DNA from: Eledone cirrhosa
Lineage: Eukaryota
DNA length: 64,000 nucleotides
NCBI GenBank assembly: GCA_964016885.1
Contig: OZ024740.1
Span: 160,518,001-160,582,000, forward strand
Direction of reading: 5' to 3'
In this document: in pieces, positions 1 through 13,099 of the stretch
Layout: every line of letters starts with the position of its first letter
How positions within the stretch are numbered: the stretch's first letter is position 1
Translations under genes and position numbers: made by a program
Notes under the pieces: model-generated
Told to the model about the DNA's origin: nothing
The model's database searches: none
Seen by the model: the letters and a program-made list of their open reading frames with translations, nothing else

Positions 1-577
1 TGCTTTCAACAGGTTAACTTTCAGGAATTCCCACTGTTCCTCTATATTGTATGACTCTAATTGCTCTTCCTTACTATCAAAAGCATTAAGTAATATGCCT
101 TTGAATTTGTTACTGGCTGCGGGGTTCTTCAACATCCATAATCTTCTCCTTAAGGTATTCCTCTGTTGGTAATTACGTCTGGCCCTGACTATGAGGTCAG
201 TAACTATTAAATTATGTTGGGAGGCACATTCTTCACGAGGGAGGGACTTGGTGTTCAAAACAGATACTTTGTCTTGTTTCCTAGTAAGGATAAAGTCTTT
301 CTGGCTGGTGTGCCCCCCTGATCTATATGTGATCAAATGACTGTCACGTTTTTTTAAGTTTGTGTTGCAGACAGTCAGGTCATTTGCATCACATAATTCC
401 AGGATCCTGAAGCCTTCCTCATTTCTAGTACCAAATCCATAACCTCCATGGACACCATCATAGCCATCACAATGTTGTCCAACATGACCATTATGTCACC
501 CGCAATAATTATATAGTCACTGTTGGGTATCTGGGAGGTAGTGAGCATTAGAGACTCGTAGAACCTGTCTTTAGAAA
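1..577 (-). mobile_element. RTE-clade LINE fragment (APE endonuclease region), degenerate, runs off window edge
   Basis: Clear nucleotide similarity to 52080-52590 (e.g. ccttcctcatttctagtaccaaatccataacctccatgga; tagccatcacaatgttgtccaacatgacca); encodes GYGFGTRNEEG-type motif on minus strand. Confidence 0.9.
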
Positions 578-578
578 C

Positions 579-657
<79 letters not shown>

Positions 658-675
658 AATATATATATATATAAG

Positions 676-765
676 TGGCTTCTAAGGACTAGAACTGTTT
701 CATTTGGGGGAAATCATCAGATGAATTCCCTTGTATGAAACAGTTCTATAGTCCTGCAGAAGCCA
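676..765. repeat. Short fold-back element with two head-to-head degenerate hammerhead-like cores
   Basis: tggcttctaaggactagaactgtttcat (676-703) is the near reverse complement of atgaaacagttctatagtcctgcagaagcca (735-765); minus strand reads CTGATGA-tttcccccaaat-GAAAC; (TA)n on the left. Confidence 0.6.
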
Positions 766-804
766 TTTCTATATTAAATATTTATACTCTGGTATATATA
801 TATT

Positions 805-911
805 AAATGAGGTTGGTGTTAGGAAGGGCATCAAGCTGTAGAAATCAATCCAGAATCAGTTCCCATCTCACCCTTTCAAGCAGGGAAAAGCGGACGTAAA
901 AGGATGATGAT
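805..911 (+). mobile_element. 3' fragment of the tRNA/RTE-tail SINE
   Basis: aaatgaggttggtgttaggaagggcatc...cagggaaaagcggacgtaaaaggatgatga matches the 3' end of 1780-2107. Confidence 0.85.
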
Positions 912-1000
912 ATATATCGAATGTAGAAAGGTAACACGAGTTGATATATATACAAAACAAATAGTAGAAAGGAAAAAGAATTTTTCCTGGAGAAAATGTT

Positions 1001-1510
1001 GAGATAATTTTGATGAAATTTCAAAACATTAATTTATTTACAATACCGATTTCAACATTAAATGCATTTTCAATTGAGGATATGCAGAATATTGTTAAGT
1101 TGCATATCTGTACAAATAGTGAAAACATAATGATAATAACAAAAAATAAAGAGAAACAAATATATAGAGAGGGGAAGAAATGTTAATTTTCTCATACGTA
1201 GTCCTTCAACTTAACAATATTCTGCATATCTGCAATTGAAAATGCATTTAGCCCTTTAGTGTTCAAACCGGCCACAATTCTCTACCTCTTTCTGTTGAAA
1301 CTGGGCACAACTGGTCACTCAAACTGATGTTAAGGTATTGTTCTCAAAATAAATACTTTCAAAAATCTCACAGATTCGATATTATGTGAGATAAAGCATT
1401 TACCATTAAAATATAATAGTATATATAAAATAATGTGAATGCTTATGGGTTAATGCTGAAACCGGTATTGTAAATAAATTAATGTTTTGAAATTTCACCA
1501 AAAATATCTC
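1001..1510. repeat. Inverted repeat (probable Penelope-type pLTR relic) interrupted by a MITE
   Basis: 1001-1102 is the reverse complement of 1207-1250 joined to 1451-1510; right arm contains GAAACCGGTA. Confidence 0.75.
1248..1453. mobile_element. piggyBac-type MITE (degenerate copy)
   Basis: tta(g)CCCTTTAG...GGGttaa ends; internal sequence shared with 22317-22501 and 45194-45392; splits the host inverted repeat at a TTAA. Confidence 0.8.
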
Positions 1511-1773
<263 letters not shown>

Positions 1774-1779
1774 TAGATA

Positions 1780-2107
1780 GAGGCACATGGTTAGAGCATT
1801 GGCCTTGCAATCGAAAGGTTGTGAGTTCAATTCTCAGATCAGACCGGGTGATGTGTTGTTTCCTTGAGCAAGACACTTTATTTCACATTGCTCCAGTTTA
1901 CTCAGCTGTAGAAATGAGATGATAGGGACTGGGGTCCCTATCATTCCACTGTAAAGTGGTCGTGGAGGTGTCACGGCAAAAAAGCACTCAGCACTCACTG
2001 TAAATGAGGTTGGTGTTAGGAAGGGCATCCAGCTGTAGAAATCAAGCCAGAATCAGCTCCCGTCCCACCCTTGCAAACGGACGTAAAATGATGATGATGA
2101 TGATGAT
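1780..2107 (+). mobile_element. tRNA-derived SINE with CORE-like body and RTE-derived 3' tail ending in (GAT)n
   Basis: A-box-like tggttagagc, anticodon-arm-like ggccttgcaatcg, B-box-like gagttcaattc; ccttgagcaagacactt body; five near-identical copies in window. Confidence 0.9.
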
Positions 2108-2169
2108 ATATATACAATGTACAAAACCAAATGTTTGGCTTTTAAACACTGAGAGTATATATATATAAG

Positions 2170-2300
2170 TAGTGAAGAATAACATGGATCAGCTATACAT
2201 TAGGGTTTATTCCAAGTATTAACAAATGTTTCATTGGTCCAGTGTGTCTAAAAATTGCTATCCACAGTGTAACCATGACAATCGATTTTAAGTATAGTTT
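2170..2300 (-). mobile_element. Decayed copy of the Naiad-type Penelope pLTR
   Basis: tgaagaataacatggatcagctatacattagggtttattccaagtattaacaaatgtttcattggtccag aligns by eye with 57677-57750. Confidence 0.6.
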
Positions 2301-2528
2301 CCACCAGCCAAATTGTCAAAATACTTATATATATATACTAAATATATAAGTATAAAGAAAGTTCTCAAGCACAGAAAATGCTATAAAGATAGCTTACAAA
2401 ATAGGGTGATAGTGGCAGATGGCAACTTCCTTTTCCATCTTTTAAGGATATATATATATATAAGACCTTAAGAATGAAAAGGTCTTAAAGTTAACTTGTC
2501 TAAGACTAAATTTCTAGTATGTAGAAAG

Positions 2529-2877
2529 TAGTATCATCATCATCATCATTTCATTTTACGTCCGCTTTTTCCCTGCTTGCAAGGGTGGAACGGGAACTGA
2601 TTCAGGCTTGATTTCTACAGTTGGATGCCCTTCCTAACACCAACCTTATTTACAGTGAGTGCTGGGTGTTTTTTTGCCGTGGCACCTGCACGACCACTTT
2701 GCAGTGGAATGATATGGACCCCAGTCCCTATCATCTCATTTCTACAGCTGAGTAAACTGGAGCAATGTGAAATAAAGTGTCTTGCTCAAGGAAACACCAC
2801 ATCACCCGGTCTGAGAATTGAACTCACAACCTTTCGATTGCAAGGCGAATGCTCTAACCACTAAGCCATGTACCTCC
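2529..2877 (-). mobile_element. tRNA/RTE-tail SINE with 13-bp target-site duplication
   Basis: Reverse complement of the 1780-2107 family; TSD agtatgtagaaag at 2516-2528 and 2878-2890. Confidence 0.95.
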
Positions 2878-3107
2878 AGTATGTAGAAAGGAAAATAGGG
2901 CCCAGATTCCCTTAGGCCTTGCTCAGTGTGTAGGAAAGGACAAGGTAGAAATTCCATTTTATGTCCCAAACACAAGCTTTGGGTACATAAAAAATGTCAT
3001 AAGATCACAGGTAGGCTATCAAAGATCGTAGGATTTATATGTGGCCTATGTTCAGATGCAGTAAGAAGCAAGTGTCCACAGCTTACTAGCTCCTTTAAAT
3101 GACCAGA

Positions 3108-4046
3108 TTATTCTATAGAAATAGTCAACATTTTCCAATACCTTGGTGATAAAATCAACAGTGGAGGAGGGTGTTCTGAAAGTATAGGAGTCATAGTAAA
3201 AACGGGATGGAGAAAGTTATGAGAGCTAATACTGCTGTTAGCTACAAAAGATTTTTCCTTTAAAATGAAGGGCGGATTGTACGATGCATGTATACGAACA
3301 GCAATGTTACATGGTAGAGAGACCTGGGCACTGTGCGCAGAGGACCTGGGAAGATTGGAAAGAAATGAAGTATGCATGCTCTGATGGATTTGTAATTGTA
3401 ATATACATGAACAGCAAAGCGTAATTGAACTTAGAAATTAAGCATAAGAAGGATCAGATGCAGTATACTAGAGACAAGATTGCATTGGTATGGTTTTGTA
3501 ATGTGTATGAAGGATGACAGCTGTATAAAAAGGTGCAGGGTGATGAAAATTGATGGAAGCTATGGAGTAGGAAGACCCAGGAAGACTTGGGATGAGGTGT
3601 TAAAAGCTGACATTGCACAATTGCACCTGTCAAAGACAATGACACAGGATCAAGATCTTTGGCATTATGCAGTAATACAGAAGACCTGTCTTCCGTTGTG
3701 CATGGACTCACACATACCACTTAACCACTTCCATACACCCCCACGTCCCTACACCACACTCCCACTTCTGTCCCCACCACCCTTACACTGTAAAATTATG
3801 TTGGTGTCACAAAATCATCCAGCCCACACTGTAAAGTGGTTGTGTAGGAATCACAATAAAAAGCACCCAGCACACACTGTAAATGTGGTTGGCATTAGTA
3901 AGGGTATCCAGCCATAGAAATCTAGCCAGAAACAATCCTACATGAGCAAGACTCATTCACCCGACCCAATTTACCTCTAATGGGACAAAACCGTCTAACC
4001 CATGTTAGCATGGAAAATAGATGTTAAATGATGATGATGATGATGA
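3108..4046 (+). mobile_element. Older 5'-truncated RTE LINE 3' fragment
   Basis: IEIVNIFQYLGDKINSGGGCSE...WYGFVMCMKDDSCIKRC...GRPRKTW; 3'UTR and (GAT)n tail homologous to 6930-7893; multiple stops. Confidence 0.93.
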
Positions 4047-4311
4047 TATGTAGTTTTATTATACAGAAACTATGTAATATGACAGCTGCAGCTTGGTTAT
4101 GCCTGTCTTCCCCATTTGGCCGCTTGTATGGTCTATGGTTGGTTTAGTGTTTTCTTTACAGGTTATAGCAATCAAAAAATATATCACACACAAAACACTA
4201 ACATCAACAGTTTTCCAAGAGATAGCAACATGAACGGACCTGTTATTTTTATCTAGAGACATTTTTTCAAACTCTACCACGCCTGTACCTTCATTCTAAC
4301 TAATTTCTCAT

Positions 4312-4352
4312 TCTTTCTGCTGATGAAGGAATAGCATCCGAAACGTTAAGAC
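4312..4352 (+). ncRNA. Minimal type I hammerhead ribozyme motif (Penelope-pLTR type)
   Basis: CTGATGA(4320-4326)-aGGAatagcaTCC-GAAAC-GTTA; palindromic AACGTT stem III; stem I imperfect. Confidence 0.7.
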
Positions 4353-4433
4353 CCTCTTCCTGCTATTCCTAGCGTTAACCTAATATATTCCTTCCATATA
4401 GTGTACCGATTGTGTTGTTATTTCTGTTTACCT

Positions 4434-4478
<45 letters not shown>

Positions 4479-4483
<5 letters not shown>

Positions 4484-4945
4484 AGATTTGAATGGATACA
4501 GTTTAGTTGAAAGGAATTTATTGACACGTGTTTCTATAACAGTTACATAACCTAAAACAGCTTCATAACCTAAAACAGCTATCTACAAACTTTTAGTTAT
4601 GCAGACATTCAATATTTCAATGTTATTATTTACTGTCATTTCATCAGAATAATATTACTGAGGACCTATTTAGTTTATTATTCTGATGAAATGACAGTAA
4701 ATAATAACATTGAAATATTGAATGTCTGCATAACTAAAAGTTTGTAGATAGCTGTTTTAGGTTATGTAACTGTTATAGAAACACGTGTCAATAAATTCCT
4801 TTCAACTAAACTGTATCCATTCAAATCTTTCTATTTTTCTCCGGATTACTTTTGGAACTACAACTGGAACCGTCGAGCAAACTCTACGTGAGCTGATAAT
4901 CTACTGTGTGTAATATTTATATTACAACACAACGGAAAATACTGT
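4479..4945. mobile_element. ORF-less fold-back element with a hammerhead in each arm, between (TA)n tracts
   Basis: Arms ~4479-4652 and ~4677-4833 are near-perfect reverse complements (left arm has a short internal duplication); ~110-bp unique tail to 4945. Confidence 0.85.
4678..4795 (+). ncRNA. Type I hammerhead ribozyme with extended stem II
   Basis: ttatt-CTGATGA(4683-4689)-a-atgacagt...70 nt...actgttat-a-GAAAC(4778-4782)-acgt-GTC-aataa; stems I, II and III can all pair. Confidence 0.75.
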
Positions 4946-4962
4946 ATATATATATATATATA

Positions 4963-7893
4963 TATGGGTTTGGTACTAGAAATGAGGAAGGCTCCAGAAT
5001 CCTGGAATTCTGTGACGCAAATAACCTAACTATCTGTAACACTAACTTCAAAAAACGAGACAATCACTTGATCACCTAGAGATCAGGGGAACATACCAGC
5101 CAGGTAGATTATATCCTTATCAGAAGACGTGACAGAGTGTCTGTTGTAAACACTAAATCCCTTCCTCCTGAAGAATGCACCTCCCAACATAGACTCATAA
5201 TTAGCGACCTCATAGTCAGGACGAGACGTACTCAACAGCAGAAGATGACTATCCTCAGGAGAAAAATATGGAAGCAAAAGGACCCCACAGCCAGAAATAA
5301 ATTTAAAAGCATATTACTTGATGCTTTCGACAGTAAGGAAGAGCATTTAGAGTCGTACAATATAGAGGAACAGTGGGAATTCCTGAAAGCAAACCTGCTG
5401 ATGGCGGCAGACGAAGTCTGTGGCTGGAGCAGGCCTATAGGCAGGAGGAGAGTAACATGGTGGTGGAACAGTAAGGTGGAGGAGTCAATTAAGGCCAAAA
5501 AGCGGGCTTGGAAAGCATGGCGGGATGGGGGAAGTAGAGAAGACTATCAAGTGGCCAGGAGGGAAGCTAGGAGTCAAGTGTACTTCGCAAGAAGGGTAGC
5601 AGAGGAAAGAAAGTTCAAGCATGTTCTACAACGCGAGGACCAAAAACGTGAGGTGTTCAGGATTGCTAGGCAATGTGTTAAGGAAAACCGTGATATTGTC
5701 GGGGAGAAGTGTGTACTTAATGATGATGGTGTACTTGCCATCACTGACGCTGATAAGAAAGTAGCTTGGAAGTGTCACTACGAAAGGCTACTAAATGAGG
5801 AGAATAAATGGGAGAAAGACAGTCTCCCCCACATCGACCCAATAGAGGGACCAGCAGTGTTAGTCGAAGGTAGTATAATAAGTAAGGCAATCAAAGATAT
5901 GAAGACGGGTAAGGCGGCTGGGCCTTCGGAAATAGTAGCTGAGATACTGAAAGCCTCTGGAACGGTGGGACACACCATGGTCACCGGGATAGTAAACCAA
6001 GTCATACAGAATGGGGTTGTTCCGAAGGACTGGCGTAGCAGCATCATCATTAACTGTTACAAGGGTAAAGGAGATGCCCTAGATAGGAGTAACTATAGAG
6101 GCATTAAATTAATCGACCAGGTGATGAAGTTCACGGAAAAAGTAATAGCGCAACTAATCAGAGAGAGAATTGATCTAGATGAAATGCAGTTCGGCTTTGT
6201 GTCAGGCAAAAGTACCACAGACGCTCTTTTCATTGTACGACAACAACAGGAGAAGTACCTAGCTAAAAGTAAACCCCTATACTTAGCTTTTGTCGACTTG
6301 GTGAAAGCCTTCGACAGAGTCCCCCGTTCCATTATCTGGTGGGCTCTTAGAAAACTAAGTGTTGATGAATGGCCTGTGAGAGCTATACAGGCCATGTATA
6401 AAGAAACAGTCAGCAAGGTTAGAATTAACAGCGAATATAGTGAAGAGTTTAGCGTAAAAGTTGGTGTTCATCAGGACTCCGTTCTTAGCCCCCTACTATT
6501 TATTATTGCCCTTCAGGCTATAACAGAGGAGTTCAAGACCGGCTGCCCATGGGAACTCCTATACGCAGATGATCTAACGCTCATAGCTGAATCAATGGCC
6601 GAAATAGAGAAGAAATTCCAAACATGGAAGCACGGCCTAGAATCAAAAGGCCTTAAAATTAACCTGGCTAAGACTAAAGTTCTAGTTTGTAGGAAGGAAA
6701 ATAGGGCGCCGGTCCCATCCGGGAAATGGCCATGCTCAGTGTGTAGGAAAGTAGTAGGTAGAAACTCTATTTTATGTCCCAAATGCAAAGTATGGGTGCA
6801 TAAAGGATGTAGTGGGATCACAGGTAAGCTAACTAAAAACATAGATTTTACATGTGGCCGGTGCTCTGGTGCAATAAGTAGCAGCAAGTGCCCACAAATA
6901 CTAGCTCTTTCAATTGCACAGATGGTTCTATAGAAATAGTGGACAGCTTCCGTTACTTGGGTGACAAAATCAGCAGTGGGGGAGGGTGCTCTGAAAGTAC
7001 AGTAGCTAGAGTCAGAACTGAATGGAAAAAGTTCAGAGAGCTTATACCACTATTAACCGCTAAAGGGTTCTCCCTAAAAATGAAAGGCAGGCTGTATGAT
7101 GCCTGCATACGAACAGAAATGTTACATGGCAGTGAGACATGGGCATTGTGTGCAGAGGATATACGCAGACTAGAGAGGAACGAAGCTTGCATGCTCCTCT
7201 GGATGTGTAATAGTAATATACGTGAACGGCAAAGCATTAACGAACTAAGGGAAAAATTAGAAATAAGAGGGATCAGATGTTGTTTACTCGAGAGAAGGCT
7301 ACGTTGGTATGGTCACGTGATGCGCATGAAAGACGACAGCTGTATAAAAAAGTGCAGGGCAATAAAAATAGACGGTAGCCACGGAGTAGGCAGACCCAGA
7401 AAAACCTGGGACGACTTGATAAATTCCGACCTTACACACTTACACCTCTCCAAGACAATGTCACTGGACCGAGATCTTTGGCGGTACTCAGTAATAGAGA
7501 AGACCCGCCTTACCTAAATACAAAGTAAAACTTACTACAGTCAGTAGGCATCTCTAACAAAATACACCCCCGTCCCACTACCCCCACCCCATCCACACCG
7601 CCCCTTGGTACCACAACATCCAGGCCGAAACAAATGAGGTCGTGTAGGTATCACGAAAAAAAAACACACAGTCTACTCTGTAATGTGGCCGTGTTTGTAG
7701 GTAACACGGTAAAAACCTCCCATTTCCACACTGTAAATGTGGTTGGTGTTAGGAAGGGCATCCAGCCGTAGAAAACCCGCCAGACAGTTCTATGCGAGCA
7801 AGACAACCACTCTTGCCTCAAGTGGGAAAACTCCCGTCCAAACCCATGCAAGCGCGGAATATGGACGTTAAACGATGATGATGATGATGATGA
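4963..7893 (+). mobile_element. 5'-truncated RTE-clade LINE (end of APE, RT, PHD-like finger, C-terminal domain, 3'UTR)
   Basis: ORFs 5137-6933 and 6888-7517: YRGIKL, QFGF, AFVDLVKAFDRV, GVHQDSVLSPLLF, YADD, FRYLG; one frameshift near 6900; (GAT)n tail; (TA)n both sides. Confidence 0.97.
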
Positions 7894-7916
7894 TATATAT
7901 ATATATATATATATAT

Positions 7917-8258
7917 GGAGGCACATGGCTTAGTGGTTATATCATTGGCCTTGCAATCGAAAGGTTGTGAGATCAATTCTCAGACTGGATGATGTGGTGT
8001 TTCCTTCAGCAAGACACTTTATTTCACATTGCTCCAGTTTAATCAGCTGTAGGAATGAGATGATAGGGACAGGGGTTCATATAATTCCACTGCAAAGTCG
8101 TCGTAGAGGTGCCACGGCAAAAATGCACCCAGCACTCACTGTAAATGAGGTTGGTGTTAGGAAGGGCATCCAGCTGTAGAAATCAAGCCAGAATCAGTTC
8201 CCGTCCCACCCTTGCAAGCAGGGAAAAGCGGACGTAAAATGATGATGATGATGATGAT
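7917..8258 (+). mobile_element. tRNA/RTE-tail SINE
   Basis: Same family as 1780-2107; inserted in the (TA)n directly after the LINE tail. Confidence 0.92.
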
Positions 8259-8944
8259 ATATATATATATATATATATATACACAAATATAATTCCAGCG
8301 AGATCGAATTTCGGCAGTGGTCGAAAACAAAGCGAAACGCAATTTCCGAGATATACGGCAAGCGCTCCGTGGACTAAAAAATGACCAGAGCAATAAACAT
8401 AGGTTATAAACGCCATACAAACTGAGAATGGCAGTCAAGAAGCCATCAACCACCTAAGCCAAAAAAACCAAGCAAGCTAAACAGGTCAAACAGGAATTTA
8501 CTTGGTCACCTGGAATTGGTATAAAGGGTTTCTGCGACACCTAAATCAATTATACAGCCTGAATACAGTATTAAAAATGTTTCACCAGTACAGCCCCCAT
8601 GATGCTATTGATTGCCTGCTTTTACTGCTTGTTTTACATGTAACAATCTGCCGCAAAATAATATAGTATAAATAGGACACGCGTGCATGCCTCACGTGAG
8701 ACTGTTGCATACACTGGCTACTCCAAACTTTCCTTTGCTTTATATTCATAAACTGCCAATGTTTTATTTTAATTTTAATTTTAATTTTAATTTTGTCCTT
8801 TAATATGACTGTAATCTTTGTATGTAAATTACCATGCTATATTATTATAATGGATGTCAACCTACTGTGGGTCAATATATACATATGTTTCTATATGTCT
8901 CTTGAGTTGAAAAGGAGGTCAAGTATGTAAAAAATCACTAAATA

Positions 8945-8996
8945 ATTGGTCCGAAGAATCCAAACCTCGGTTTGGAGGAAACAATTGTAAGCAAAT
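8945..8996 (+). ncRNA. Type I hammerhead motif, one core substitution
   Basis: CCGAAGA(8951-8957)-a-tccaaac-ctcg-gtttgga-g-GAAAC-aatt-GTA-agca; 7-bp stem II, palindromic ACAATTGT stem III; U4 is C. Confidence 0.65.
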
Positions 8997-9196
8997 AAAT
9001 GATTTAAACTGAACTTTGATTAATGTAATTTCTATATAACTGCTCTGTAAAACAACTGATGTTGTTACATTGAGCTATTTATCTTACTGGTAATAAGATA
9101 GTGATGAATTACTGTCTTTCACTATTTAGGGTTTAAAATATATATAACTATAAAAGGTTTTAGTATATTCATAACCATAAATAGTATCCTTAATAC

Positions 9197-12021
<2,825 letters not shown>

Positions 12022-12627
12022 GGTGGCTGCCAACTCGTTTTCGAGTACGGCCACTACTTTATATCCATGTAGGAGAACCCTACCGATGCGCTGAACGAGT
12101 GTGACATTTTAGTCCAGCCAGCGACTTGAAAACTCTGGTACAAACACTATACGTGTGACAATTATTGACACATAGTGCTGGGCCCATGGTACCATGTGAC
12201 GACAAGTGCAGAGAGATCTCCAGATATAAAGCAATGCTTGTGCCGTGAAGCTTTTATAGTGAGCAAAGGCACTGCACAAAGCCAGTCCCACTCTCTTAAC
12301 CAAGATGATATTTACCAAAAAGAAGAACAAGTCAACATCGTTGGATACCATCAGGGTTGCAGGTGTTATATCAGAGTTTTCCTTCTCCTAGAATTCTGCC
12401 TTGACAAAGGCTAAGGGGTCATCTCTCCCGGTGATTTTGGATGGCCATTGACTCTTAAGAGCTCCTTTGCTCTTTGACAGGTTTTGTTTTTAGTCCTGCA
12501 GGATGTCCAAAGTCACCATCCTCACCAAGAAACTTTGGTGGGTTGCCAGTTTAGTCGCCAACAACCCGACCATGAGACAGGTTGTACTGGGATACATGTT
12601 ACCAGTAGCACCAACTGGTGACCTGAA
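12022..12627 (-). mobile_element. Non-autonomous RTE(BovB-like)-derived element: 5'UTR-like part plus 3' tail
   Basis: 12240-12430 resembles 15957-16170; minus-strand end ggccgtactcgaaaacgagttggcagcca resembles the tail at 12678-12726; flanked by (CATA)n. Confidence 0.6.
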
Positions 12628-12780
12628 ATACATACATACATACATACATACATACATACATACATACATACATACATGATGATGATGGCTGCCCCCTCAT
12701 TATCGAGTATGGCCATTGCACGAGGGGAAAAAAATTAATAAATAAATGAAAAATAAAATTAAAATAAAAAAAAGATAGAA

Positions 12781-12899
<119 letters not shown>

Positions 12900-12906
12900 C
12901 ACACAT

Positions 12907-12941
<35 letters not shown>

Positions 12942-12958
12942 TCACACATACATTAACA

Positions 12959-12989
<31 letters not shown>

Positions 12990-13099
12990 CAACAACAATA
13001 ATAATAACGACAACAACAATAATAATATACATATACATATATATATATACACATACACGCACACACATAAGCATATCTATACACACACACACACACACA

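Noticed and set aside
1780-1850. tRNA gene (Cys/Ala-like anticodon loop ttgcaa)
   Set aside because: No proper acceptor stem; continues into a SINE body and tail in five copies
4059-4280. 73-aa ORF as host exon or GIY-YIG relic
   Set aside because: Only a vague VIY..ITC resemblance; cannot be supported by eye
5232-7237. Antisense ORFs overlapping the RTE copies
   Set aside because: Shadow frames of LINE coding sequence, with no independent motifs
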